A stretch of DNA of 64,000 nucleotides from an uncultured Acidimicrobiales bacterium. Its GTDB lineage: Bacteria > Actinomycetota > Acidimicrobiia > Acidimicrobiales > SHLQ01. A program made the position numbers and the translations under genes. The DNA is taken from positions 53-64,052 of the forward strand of contig CALJDK010000041.1 of NCBI GenBank assembly GCA_938023735.1, given 5' to 3'. Shown here piece by piece: positions 18,504 to 27,604 of this stretch (position 1 is its first letter; each line of letters opens with the position of its first letter). The notes under the pieces are model-generated. The model ran no database searches. It saw only the letters and a program-made list of their open reading frames with translations, and was not told the DNA's origin.

Positions 18504-20065
18504 ATCGTTCGTCCCGCCGCACTCCAATATTCGTCTTTCAACAGGCGCTTATACAGCTTGCCGGTTGGATGACGCGGAAGCTCCTCTCGGAAATCCACCG
18601 AACGCGGGCACTTCACGTCGGCGAGTTGCTCGCGACAAAAGGCAATGAGCTCGCGCTCGAGTTCGGGACCAGCTTCGGCCATGTCGACCGGCTGCACCAC
18701 TGCTTTGACCTCTTCGCCAAAGTCGTCGTTGGGAACACCGATAACGGCCACGTCGAAGACCTTGGGGTGCATAGTGAGAGCGTTCTCCGCTTCCTGCGGG
18801 TAGATGTTCACGCCGCCCGAGATAATCATGTACGCCTTGCGGTCGGTGAGGTACAAAAAGCCGTCCTCGTCGACCTTGCCAACGTCGCCCAGGGTCGACA
18901 TCTCGCCCATCCGTGAATCCTTGGTTTTCTCTTCATCGCCGTGATACTCGAAACCGCCACCGCCCGAGAAGTACACCCCACCTTCTTCACCCGCTGCGAC
19001 CTCGTTGCCGTCGTCATCGAGGATGTGCACGACTCCAAGCAACGGCTTACCGACCGACCCCTTGTGGGTCAGCCAGTCTTCGGAGTTGAGGTAGGTGAGC
19101 CCGTTTCCTTCGGTGCCCGCGTAGTACTCGTGAAGCACGGGACCCCACCAGTTGATCATCTTCTCTTTCACGTCGATCGGACATGGCGCCGCCGCGTGCA
19201 CGGCATGAGCCAGGCTGGAGACGTCGTACTTTTCCCGAGTCTCGTCGGGAAGCTTAAGCATGCGAACAAACATGGTGGGAACCCACTGGCTGGCACTGAC
19301 CTTGTACTTTTCGATGGCCTTCAGTGCCTCTTCAGGGTCGAAGCGTTGCATTGCCACGACCGTCGCTCCCATCCGCTGAAACGACATACAAAATCGCAAC
19401 GGCGCAGCGTGGTACATGGGTGCAGGCGATAGGTAGATGGCGTCCTCGCGAGCGCCAAAAAGAAATTGCGCAAGGGTCAACAGCCCCGGGGCGCTGCCAA
19501 GAGGCTCGCCACTTAGCGGCACCTTGATGCCCTTGGGACGTCCGGTAGTGCCCGACGAGTACAGCATGTCCTGACCCTCGACCCGGTCGGGCAGCGGCTC
19601 GGCCGGATGCTTGGCGAGCTCTTCGGCGAAGTCGGCGTAGCCGTCGACACCCCCGCCTACCGCCATGCGGATCCGAACGTCGGGCATGAGTTCGGCGAGT
19701 TCGGCTGCCTGGTCGGCCTTGTAGGCCGAGGTGATGAATGCCTGCGAGGTGGAGTTCTCGATGATGTAGGCCATCTCGTCAGTTTGGAGACGACTGCTGA
19801 TGGCCGTGTAGTAGAGCCCGGCGTAATGGCATCCCCATGCGATGGCCAGATACTCAAGGCGGTTTTCGAGACAGAAGGCCACATGGTCGCCAGGACCCAG
19901 GCCCTCGGCAGCAAACAACTGCGACAGCTGGTTTGCCATGGCATCGAGCTCGGCATAGGTCATCTGCTCGCCGGTACCGGCCATGATGATTGCGGGCTTG
20001 TCCGGGTTCTTTCGCGCCATCTCCCCAGGGAAGAGTGGCGGAGTTTCTTCGGCAGTATCGGTCAT
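18500..20065 (-). CDS. acyl-CoA synthetase (AMP-forming, FadD-like)
   Basis: AMP-binding motif YSSGTTGRPKGI, then YAGTEG, GDVG..DEDGFLYLTDRK and a C-terminal PRHPTGKLYKR. Confidence 0.9.
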   Translation of the reverse strand: MTDTAEETPPLFPGEMARKNPDKPAIIMAGTGEQMTYAELDAMANQLSQLFAAEGLGPGDHVAFCLENRLEYLAIAWGCHYAGLYYTAISSRLQTDEMAYIIENSTSQAFITSAYKADQAAELAELMPDVRIRMAVGGGVDGYADFAEELAKHPAEPLPDRVEGQDMLYSSGTTGRPKGIKVPLSGEPLGSAPGLLTLAQFLFGAREDAIYLSPAPMYHAAPLRFCMSFQRMGATVVAMQRFDPEEALKAIEKYKVSASQWVPTMFVRMLKLPDETREKYDVSSLAHAVHAAAPCPIDVKEKMINWWGPVLHEYYAGTEGNGLTYLNSEDWLTHKGSVGKPLLGVVHILDDDGNEVAAGEEGGVYFSGGGGFEYHGDEEKTKDSRMGEMSTLGDVGKVDEDGFLYLTDRKAYMIISGGVNIYPQEAENALTMHPKVFDVAVIGVPNDDFGEEVKAVVQPVDMAEAGPELERELIAFCREQLADVKCPRSVDFREELPRHPTGKLYKRLLKDEYWSAAGRTI

Positions 20066-20105
20066 GGTGTCCCCAAGCGGCTTGTATTCGTGTGCCCGTG
20101 AAGTT

Positions 20106-20867
20106 ATGAGAAATTCAGGCGTTAAGAAAATCTCATCGACTGCCGATCACCAGTATGTGGCAGATCGTCGCGCTCGCACGCCGGTAGCTGATCAGCTCCG
20201 GCCACTTATCCCACTCGGTGTGGTGTGGCTTGTCGCGCTTGTGATGTTGCTGGCGCTGGTGAGCCAGAACGTCATTCCCTACCGCGAACTGCTGCTTGAT
20301 CCGTCCTATGCCAGCGGCGTTCCCTGGTACACCGGCTTGGTATCGAACCTGGGAATTCTGGCTTGGACAACCGCAACGGTTGCCGCCGCCTCAGGAGCTT
20401 GGGTGGCCTGGCTGGGTGGCCGAAAAGGCGCGGCGGCGATGCTGCGTGGCGGCGCCGTTCTTTCGCTGCTCCTTCTGCTCGACGACCTGTTCCAGTTTCA
20501 TAGCGTTATCCCGAACCGCCTCGGCGTGCCGAAAGCCAGCTTCTATGTGATGTATCTGGTGCTGACATGGTGGTGGGTAGTGAGCGAACGCTCCGAACTC
20601 CGACGTACCAACAACAAGATGCTCATCGCAGCGGGCGCCGCCTTTGCCGCGTCGATCATGGTCGACCAGGTCGGCGTGGGGTCCAAAGACGTCAGTCTGG
20701 TACTTGAAGACGCTGCCAAGTTCCTGGGCGTGCTGGCCTGGGCGATGTATTTCGTGACCACCGCTCGCGATATCACCCGATCGATCGTTACCGAACTGCG
20801 GCTCAAAGCGGCGCGGGCCGAAAGCGAAGCAAGCTCGCTCCGGAACCCAGCGGAGTGGCACGCATAA
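20106..20867 (+). CDS. hypothetical polytopic membrane protein
   Basis: Several hydrophobic helices. The start at Met 20106 removes overlap with the divergent fadD-like gene. The longest ORF starts at 19983. Confidence 0.5.
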   Translation: MRNSGVKKISSTADHQYVADRRARTPVADQLRPLIPLGVVWLVALVMLLALVSQNVIPYRELLLDPSYASGVPWYTGLVSNLGILAWTTATVAAASGAWVAWLGGRKGAAAMLRGGAVLSLLLLLDDLFQFHSVIPNRLGVPKASFYVMYLVLTWWWVVSERSELRRTNNKMLIAAGAAFAASIMVDQVGVGSKDVSLVLEDAAKFLGVLAWAMYFVTTARDITRSIVTELRLKAARAESEASSLRNPAEWHA

Positions 20868-20956
20868 CCAGCGCAGATTGGCGGCCGAGCGTTACCCACC
20901 TGGCAACCGGCCCGCTTAACCCGGCTGTCGGCGATCCGCACTAGGGTTTTGCCATC

Positions 20957-22552
20957 ATGAGTGATCTTTGGACCACGATCCCTTCGCTGGTCGAATCTGC
21001 CGCTGCAACATGGCCCGACGACGAAGCCCTTGTCGAGGGCAATCTTCGGCTCACCTTCGCCGAACTTGGGGCCCACATCAACAAAGCGGCCCGGGCGTTC
21101 CTTCACAATGGGCTCGAGGCTGGCGACCGTATCGCCGTCTGGGCCCCCAACATCAGCGAGTGGATTGTCGCTGCGCTCGGCGCCCACATGGTGGGGGGCG
21201 TGGTTGTTCCCATCAACACCAGGTTCAAGGGCCGCGAAGCCGGGTTTGTTCTCAGCAGAAGCAAGGCCCGGTTCCTGTTTACCGTCACCGATTTTCTCGA
21301 CACCGACTATGTCCAGCTGCTTCGCGACGCCGGTGCCGACGAAGATCTCGAAGAGATCATCGTCATGCGGGGCGAGATTGCCGAGGGCACTACGGCCTTC
21401 GTAGATTTCATCGATCGCGGCGACGACATCGACGACGCGATACGCGCCGAACGCAGCACGGCGGTTTCCGGCGACGACCTGTGCCACATCATGTTCACCT
21501 CGGGTACCACCGGAGCCCCCAAAGGCGCCATGCTTCGCCACTCGGCAATCTGCCGGGCGTACAAATCGTGGGCCGATGTCATTGGACTCGAACAACGCGA
21601 CCGCTACCTCATCATCAACCCGTTCTTTCATTCGTTCGGGTTCAACGCCGGCATCCTGGCCTGCCTCATGACCGGCGCCACCATCATCCCGCACACAGTG
21701 TTCGATGTTCCGTCGGTAATGGCCCGCATCCCCGAGGAGCGCATCACCATGCTCCCCGGGCCTCCGGCCATCTACCAGACCATTCTCAACCACCCTGACC
21801 TCGACAGCTTCGATCTGTCGAGCCTGCGTCTTGCCGTTACCGGCGCCGCGGCGATTCCGGTCGAGATGATCACCCAGATGCGCGAGAAGCTTGGCTTCGA
21901 GAACGTGGTCACCGGCTACGGGCTTACCGAGTCATCGGGCATGGCCACCATGTGTCGCCACGACGACGACCCCCGCACCATCGCCACCACATCTGGCCGG
22001 GCCATCGACGATGTCGAAGTGTTGATCGTCGATGACGAAGGCAACGAAGTTGAGCGGGGCGAGCCGGGCGAAATCGTCATTCGGGGCTACAACGTGATGG
22101 TCGGCTATCTCGACGACCCCGAGCAGACCGCCGAAGCCATCGACGCCGACGGCTGGCTCCATACCGGCGACATTGGGGTCATGGACAAGCGCGGTTACGT
22201 CGATATAACCGACCGCAAGAAAGACATGTTCATCGTTGGCGGGTTCAATGCCTATCCGGCCGAAATCGAGAACACGCTCTCGTCGCATCCCGATGTGGCT
22301 GCGGCATCGGTGGTTGGCGTGCCCGACAAGCGACTCGGCGAAGTCGCGATGGCATGGATCGTGCCCGCCACCGACAGCGAAAGCACCGAAGATGACCTTC
22401 GCAAGTGGTGCCGCGAAGAGATGGCCAACTATAAGGTCCCGCGGTTCTTCCAGTTCGTCGATGCGCTGCCGTTGAACGCAAGCGGCAAGGTACTGAAGTA
22501 CGAGCTTCGCTCCCGCGGCGCCGAGATCGCCGCCGACGCTGCCGCCGAGTAG
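20957..22552 (+). CDS. AMP-dependent acyl-CoA synthetase/ligase
   Basis: Motifs FTSGTTGAPKGA, GYGLTE, GWLHTGDIG..DKRGYVDITDRKKD and GKVLKYELR. Confidence 0.9.
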   Translation: MSDLWTTIPSLVESAAATWPDDEALVEGNLRLTFAELGAHINKAARAFLHNGLEAGDRIAVWAPNISEWIVAALGAHMVGGVVVPINTRFKGREAGFVLSRSKARFLFTVTDFLDTDYVQLLRDAGADEDLEEIIVMRGEIAEGTTAFVDFIDRGDDIDDAIRAERSTAVSGDDLCHIMFTSGTTGAPKGAMLRHSAICRAYKSWADVIGLEQRDRYLIINPFFHSFGFNAGILACLMTGATIIPHTVFDVPSVMARIPEERITMLPGPPAIYQTILNHPDLDSFDLSSLRLAVTGAAAIPVEMITQMREKLGFENVVTGYGLTESSGMATMCRHDDDPRTIATTSGRAIDDVEVLIVDDEGNEVERGEPGEIVIRGYNVMVGYLDDPEQTAEAIDADGWLHTGDIGVMDKRGYVDITDRKKDMFIVGGFNAYPAEIENTLSSHPDVAAASVVGVPDKRLGEVAMAWIVPATDSESTEDDLRKWCREEMANYKVPRFFQFVDALPLNASGKVLKYELRSRGAEIAADAAAE

Positions 22553-23019
22553 CCGGTTGGCTTAGGCGAGTCCTCGGCCGCCAGGGTCACCACAAACACC
22601 ACCAGCAAAAGCCCGGCGACAGCCGCAGCGATCGACGACGAACGGGCCGTGCGGCGAATCACTTCGAGCGCGTCGCTACTAAGCGGAACATCGACCTGGG
22701 TGCCGCTGCGTCCCCGCACGCCCCACACGACAGCGAGCGCGAGGATTCCGGCCGGGCCCAGCAACAACAGGAGAAACCAGTACGCGGGGAGGCTCTCGGA
22801 GCGCTCAGCAGCCAAGCCATGCGCTTTGGTGCCGGTCTTGGCGCAGACCATGGGCAGCGTTCCGGCCAACGCGTCCGCTACCGGCACCGCAATGGTTCGA
22901 TCGGCTCCCGAGCCGCGCACCAGCGAACTCCCCAGGTAGCGAACCGCCAGCACCGGCATCGCCAAGATGACGGGAAACGCCAGCAGGATCAGGAGTTCGG
23001 CGGATCCCAGCGAGCCCAC
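22429..23019 (-). CDS. hypothetical membrane protein
   Basis: Three predicted TM helices. The 3' tail overlaps the convergent ligase gene by 124 nt, so the C-terminal 40 aa are doubtful. Confidence 0.4.
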   Translation of the reverse strand: MGSLGSAELLILLAFPVILAMPVLAVRYLGSSLVRGSGADRTIAVPVADALAGTLPMVCAKTGTKAHGLAAERSESLPAYWFLLLLLGPAGILALAVVWGVRGRSGTQVDVPLSSDALEVIRRTARSSSIAAAVAGLLLVVFVVTLAAEDSPKPTGYSAAASAAISAPRERSSYFSTLPLAFNGSASTNWKNRGTL

Positions 23020-23024
23020 TGCAG

Positions 23025-24239
23025 CTAGACCCCGCTCACCACTCCACGATCGTGCAGACCACCAATCTCGGCGTCGGTGAGACCGAGAAGTTCGGCGAGC
23101 ACCTGATCGGTATGTTCACCAAGTACCGGCGCCCGGCCCACAGGAACCCGGTCAAGGGCCGAGAAGTTGAGCGTGGAACCGTTCATGAGGAATTCGCCAA
23201 GCTGCGGGTGTGCGACCGTCTCGAACATTGGGTTGGCCGGCGAGCAGCGTTCGTCCTCGGCTACCAATTGCTGGAAGGTTTGGTAGGGGCCCCAACACAC
23301 GCCGTGTTCGTCGAGCTTGGCGGCGGCATCGGCCAAGGTGTGCGCAGCGAACCATGGTTCAAGAAGCGAGGTAATGCGGTCGCGTGCGGCGAATCGATCG
23401 CCTTCGACCGCAAAATCGAGGCCGTTGTCGACACCGAGTTGAGCCACTGCCGTCTCGGTCTCGGTGCAGGCAAGCAAGCTCGACCATTGTCGCGACGTGA
23501 TGCCCACCACCATGACCCGCCGGCCATCGCTGGTGGGAAAGTCGTGGCCGTACGCGCCGTAAAGATCGTTGCCGTACCGAGGTCGTTGCTCGTCATTGAT
23601 CTGCGCCTCGGCAACATGGCCAAGGTTGGAAACCGCCATCAGCGCAATATCGGCCAGCGACAACGACACCAGTTGACCGGTGCCGGTCCGAGAACGGTGA
23701 CGCTCGGCAGCGAGCACCCCAAGCGCAGCCTGCTGGCCAGCGATGAGATCCCACGCGGGAAGGACATGATTGATTGGCTCCGATGACCCGATCGGCCCGG
23801 TAGCGTCGGGATACCCGACCGCACAATTCACCGTGTAGTCGAGCGCCGTGGATCCGTCGCGGTTTCCCGTAAGGTTCACCATGATGAGATCGTCGCGTTG
23901 GGCACGAAGGCTGTCGTAGGACATCCAGCCTCGGGCCGGGAAGTTCGAAAGGAAGATACCGCCGTCGGGTCCCGGTTTCGCGATCATGGCGGTGAGGAGC
24001 TCGCGACCTTCGTCAGATCGAAGGTCGACCGCCACCGACTTCTTGCCTTTGTTCAGGCTTGCCCAGTAGATCGAGTCGCCCGAGTCCGATAGTGGCCAGC
24101 GTTTGTAGTCGATACCTCCCCCGATGGTGTCGAAGCGAATGACCTCGGCACCTAATTGGGCAAGGGTCATCCCACCAGAGGGGGCGGCTACGAAGGCCGA
24201 ACCTTCGATGACTCGGAGTCCGTCGAGGAGGTCATACAT
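23025..24239 (-). CDS. family III CoA-transferase (CaiB/BaiF-like)
   Basis: The N-terminus LDGLRVIEGSAFVAAPSGGMTLAQLGAEVIRFD is typical of the family. 404 aa. Confidence 0.88.
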   Translation of the reverse strand: MYDLLDGLRVIEGSAFVAAPSGGMTLAQLGAEVIRFDTIGGGIDYKRWPLSDSGDSIYWASLNKGKKSVAVDLRSDEGRELLTAMIAKPGPDGGIFLSNFPARGWMSYDSLRAQRDDLIMVNLTGNRDGSTALDYTVNCAVGYPDATGPIGSSEPINHVLPAWDLIAGQQAALGVLAAERHRSRTGTGQLVSLSLADIALMAVSNLGHVAEAQINDEQRPRYGNDLYGAYGHDFPTSDGRRVMVVGITSRQWSSLLACTETETAVAQLGVDNGLDFAVEGDRFAARDRITSLLEPWFAAHTLADAAAKLDEHGVCWGPYQTFQQLVAEDERCSPANPMFETVAHPQLGEFLMNGSTLNFSALDRVPVGRAPVLGEHTDQVLAELLGLTDAEIGGLHDRGVVSGV

Positions 24240-24241
24240 CG

Positions 24242-25243
24242 TTATGCGTTGACGTCGACGACGACGCGGCCGCGAACCTTGCCCTCGATGATATTGTCGG
24301 CAACGCCGATGACATCGGCGAGCGATACCTCGGTGGTCATCGACTCAAGCTTGGCCGCATCGAGGTCGTTGGCGAGCCGCTGCCAGGCCACCTTGCGCTT
24401 CTCCTGGGGAACCGTGACCGAGTTGATACCAGCCAGGGTGACGCCGCGAAGAATGAACGGTGCAACCGACGACGGTAGATCCATGCCCTGGGCCAAGCCA
24501 CAGGCAGCGACGCAACCGTCCGGCTGGGTCATCGACAGGACATTGGCGAGCGTGTGGCTTCCGACCGCATCGACACCACCCGCAAACCGGGTCTTGTTGA
24601 GGGGTCGGGCAGGACCCGAAAGCTCTTCGCGATCGATGATCTGCGAGGCGCCCAAGGCCGTGAGGTAGTCGGATTCTTCTGGCCGGCCAGTCGAGGCGAT
24701 GACTTCGTAGCCAAGCTTCGACAGGATCGCAACCGCCGTCGAGCCCACGCCCCCTGCGGCGCCGGTGACGATGATTGGCCCCGAGTCGGGGGTGATGTCG
24801 TGCTGCTCGAGCGCCATCACACAGAGCATTGAGGTGTATCCGGCGGTGCCGATAGCAGCGGCCGTGCGGGTGCTCATGGCGTCGTCGAGAGGCGTCAACC
24901 ACTCGGCGCTCACCTGTGCTTTCTGAGCCAAGCCGCCCCAGTGTTTCTCACCAACTTCCCAACCGTTCAAAACCACTCGGTCGCCGGCGCTGAACGAATC
25001 GTTGGTGCTTGCACTGACCGTTCCGGCGAAGTCCACACCAGGCACCATTGGCCACGTGCGGACGATGGGCGACGTGTTGGTGATGGCGAGGCCGTCTTTG
25101 TAGTTAATGGTCGAGTACTCGACGTCGACGGTGACATCGCCTTCGGGAAGATCGGCTTCGTCGACCTGAGTGATCTCGGCAGAGAACGTGGCGTCGCCAC
25201 CGTCGTCAGCATCTTCTTTTCGCAAAACCAGAGCGTTGAACAT
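24242..25243 (-). CDS. YhdH/AcuI-type NADPH-dependent acrylyl-CoA/quinone reductase (MDR superfamily)
   Basis: LPEGDVTVDVEYSTINYKDGLAIT...WPMVPGVDFAGTV closely parallels E. coli YhdH. It also has the nucleotide-binding motif VTGAAGGVGS. Confidence 0.88.
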   Translation of the reverse strand: MFNALVLRKEDADDGGDATFSAEITQVDEADLPEGDVTVDVEYSTINYKDGLAITNTSPIVRTWPMVPGVDFAGTVSASTNDSFSAGDRVVLNGWEVGEKHWGGLAQKAQVSAEWLTPLDDAMSTRTAAAIGTAGYTSMLCVMALEQHDITPDSGPIIVTGAAGGVGSTAVAILSKLGYEVIASTGRPEESDYLTALGASQIIDREELSGPARPLNKTRFAGGVDAVGSHTLANVLSMTQPDGCVAACGLAQGMDLPSSVAPFILRGVTLAGINSVTVPQEKRKVAWQRLANDLDAAKLESMTTEVSLADVIGVADNIIEGKVRGRVVVDVNA

Positions 25244-25396
25244 GGGCGAGTTTTAGCACCGCTGTCCGCTCGGGTACGAAACGCCGCACGCTGGTGCCCG
25301 TATCCGGCCACATCGCCCGGTCGCAATGTGGCGCAAGTGAAGATTGGGGCTGTGGTGAATGAGGCCATTTCGATATTTTTTAGTACTCTTCGATTT

Positions 25397-26659
25397 ATGT
25401 CGACTCAACTGCTTACTCCGCCGTTTGCTCTCTCGTCTGCGTCTCGAGCCTTTTCCCACAAGGTTCTTGCCGTCTTTCTGGCAATCGCCTCGGCGACCAT
25501 TGGTCTGGCCGTCGCTATCGCCGAGCCCGCCGATGCGCAGGGCATCGCCGCACCGGGCGTGTGTGCGGTAACCAATGCCGACGCCGGTGCCTTCGTTTTC
25601 TGGTCCGCCGTGCCGGGGGCGAACGAATACGTGTATGCAACCCGGTTCAACAACAGCGGCGAGCGCTTTGCCCGCACGCCAGAATCCTCGCTGTTCATTC
25701 CTCGCGAGGAGGGTCGGGTCACCGCGCTGCGCGTGGCAACTGTTATCGGGGGCGCTACATCGAACTCAACGATCTGCAGCATCGACGGCGCTGGCGGTCC
25801 ACCGCCGCCTCCTACCCAGCCACCCGCAACCCAACCACCCGCAACCCAACCACCGGCCACGCAACCTCCTGCTACCCAGCCACCCGCCACGCAACCACCC
25901 GCCACGCAACCACCCGCCACCCAACCTCCTGCTACCCAGCCACCCGCAACCCAACCACCCGCAACCCAACCACCCGCCACGCAACCACCCGCAACCCAGC
26001 CACCGGCCACGCAACCTCCTGCTACCCAGCCACCCGCAACCCAGCCACCCGCCACGCAACCACCCGCCACGCAACCTCCTGCTACCCAGCCACCCGCCAC
26101 GCAACCTCCTGCCACCCAACCACCCGCCACGCAACCTCCTGCTACCCAACCCCCTACTGCGAGCGGCTGTCATGTCACCCATGACCCCATCGGTGTTGCG
26201 GCATCCTGGGATGCGGTGCCCGGAGCAGTCGAGTACGTGTACGCGCTTCGCTACAACGGCGTCCTCCGGTTCGACCGGGTGGCGGGCACCTCGACAAAGA
26301 TTGCGGTGACGCCAGGCAAGGACGTCAACGTCGATGTCTCGGCCGTGTTCGCCGATGGCAGCTACAGCCCTGCCGTCGACTGTGGAACCGCCCGCACAAC
26401 CGACACATCCAGCGGCGGGTGCGTTTCACAAGCCCTCGACGGAGCGATTCAGGTCGACTACCCGGCCACCGACGATGCGGTCGCCTACGTGTTTGCGCTT
26501 CGAGTCAACAGCGGTCCGGTATTCTACAACCGCGTCGAATTCACTTCGCTGCGGTTCGAAATCGGATCGGGCGCAACCGGCCACACCACGATCTCGGCGG
26601 TGTTTGCTGACGGCACTTCCACCGAAGTCGCCACCTGCGCCAGCGTGGCCGCCAACTAG
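25397..26659 (+). CDS. secreted protein with three Cys-bracketed beta-sandwich (FN3-like) repeats and a (PPATQ)22 linker
   Basis: Signal peptide (LAVFLAIASATIGLAVAIAEPADAQG). Three paralogous segments of about 75 aa each carry W/Y..VPGA.EYVYA.R.N. Met 25397 lies after the end of the antisense reductase gene. The longest ORF starts at 24941. Confidence 0.7.
   Translation: MSTQLLTPPFALSSASRAFSHKVLAVFLAIASATIGLAVAIAEPADAQGIAAPGVCAVTNADAGAFVFWSAVPGANEYVYATRFNNSGERFARTPESSLFIPREEGRVTALRVATVIGGATSNSTICSIDGAGGPPPPPTQPPATQPPATQPPATQPPATQPPATQPPATQPPATQPPATQPPATQPPATQPPATQPPATQPPATQPPATQPPATQPPATQPPATQPPATQPPATQPPATQPPATQPPATQPPTASGCHVTHDPIGVAASWDAVPGAVEYVYALRYNGVLRFDRVAGTSTKIAVTPGKDVNVDVSAVFADGSYSPAVDCGTARTTDTSSGGCVSQALDGAIQVDYPATDDAVAYVFALRVNSGPVFYNRVEFTSLRFEIGSGATGHTTISAVFADGTSTEVATCASVAAN
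25820..26149 (+). repeat. 15-bp tandem repeat x22 encoding PPATQ
   Basis: Counted directly: 330 bp, 22 in-frame units. The units differ only at synonymous positions (for example ccacccgcaacccaa, ccaccggccacgcaa, cctcctgctacccag). Confidence 0.9.
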
Positions 26660-27441
26660 CCCTGTTTCTTGGACTTCATCTCTTCAAGATAACGACGGGC
26701 GCTCTCGCGACCTTCTTTGTCACGAAGTCCAACCAGCAGACCATCGGCATCAGACCACGACCGATCGGTTCCGACCATCTGGCTGGTAACCGCGTTGGTG
26801 TGTGATTTCGTGGCCAACAGCGCATAACGAGGCTTCGACGCCAGCGTCTCGATAAGCGAGTCGACCTCGGCATCGAGTTGACCGGCGGGCACGACCCGGT
26901 TCAGGAAGCCGGCGGCCTTGCCTTCGGCGGCGTCGAACGGACGACAGGTCATCACCAGTTCTTTGGTGAGCGCCGGGCCAATTTCTCGAACCAGTCGCGG
27001 AATGCCACCCCAAGCCAACGGAATACCCAGATCGATCTCGGGGATGCTGAACATGGCGTCGTCGGCGGCGACGCGCAGATCGCAGGCAGCGGCGACGACT
27101 AGTCCGCCACCCACACACCAGCCGTGAATCTTTGCCACCGCAACAGCACGCATCCGCTCGAGCGCCTCGGCCATAAGCCGGCCTGCGTCGCCATCAACCA
27201 CCGGATCGGAGGTGGTGGCACCATCGCCGAAGGCTTGAACGTCGGCACCGGCGGAGAACACCCGTCCGGCGCCCGAAACCATCACCACCTTTACTTCGGG
27301 TTGGGTGTCAATGAACCGAGCCGCCAAAGCCAGTTCCTTCAACATCGCAGTGCCCAACGGATTGAGCTTGGCCGGAATATTCATCGTTATCGACGCCGTC
27401 ACCCCGTCGACCGCAACCTCAACATGTTCAAGCTCGACCAT
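26656..27441 (-). CDS. enoyl-CoA hydratase/isomerase (crotonase family)
   Basis: 261 aa with the crotonase pattern (SGAGRVFSAGADV......AKIHGWCVGGGL.....CDLRVAA..A.FS.PE..LG). Confidence 0.88.
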   Translation of the reverse strand: MVELEHVEVAVDGVTASITMNIPAKLNPLGTAMLKELALAARFIDTQPEVKVVMVSGAGRVFSAGADVQAFGDGATTSDPVVDGDAGRLMAEALERMRAVAVAKIHGWCVGGGLVVAAACDLRVAADDAMFSIPEIDLGIPLAWGGIPRLVREIGPALTKELVMTCRPFDAAEGKAAGFLNRVVPAGQLDAEVDSLIETLASKPRYALLATKSHTNAVTSQMVGTDRSWSDADGLLVGLRDKEGRESARRYLEEMKSKKQG

Positions 27442-27492
27442 TCTTCTCCCCTAACGCAAAGCTGGTTCAGGGATCATAAACAGAAGACGGTT

Positions 27493-27550
27493 CCCGGGAA
27501 TAGAGCGGATAGGTCAGATTTCTAGTTTACAAACCGCTCTATTCCAGGGG
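27493..27550. repeat. palindromic element copy A: GGAATAGAGCGG-N25-CCGCTCTATTCC
   Basis: 12-bp perfect inverted arms (27497-27508 and 27534-27545) with extended imperfect pairing. It lies in the intergenic region between the M50 protease stop and the crotonase start. A second copy with the same 25-nt spacing is at 40232-40280. Confidence 0.5.
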
Positions 27551-27604
27551 CTGGCCCATTGGCCTCCGGCCATTCCGCGCAGCCCCCAGACACCGTATTT
27601 CGTT

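Noticed and set aside
20543-21793. 416-aa minus-strand ORF
   Set aside because: It is entirely antisense to the well-supported AMP-ligase gene (20957-22552) and the membrane gene. Its Arg/Gly/Ala/Val-rich composition is typical of shadow ORFs in high-GC DNA.
24941-25396. Upstream 152 codons of the 572-aa ORF
   Set aside because: It overlaps the reductase gene on the opposite strand. A signal peptide starts at Met 25397, just after the intergenic region begins.
25405-26309. ORFs encoding GGWVAGG, ATRNPTT and HPQPN repeats (25405-26130 minus strand, 25561-26184 and 25575-26309 plus strand)
   Set aside because: These are alternative frames of the 15-bp PPATQ repeat, which is stop-free in every frame. 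Only the frame with a signal peptide and flanking domains is credible.
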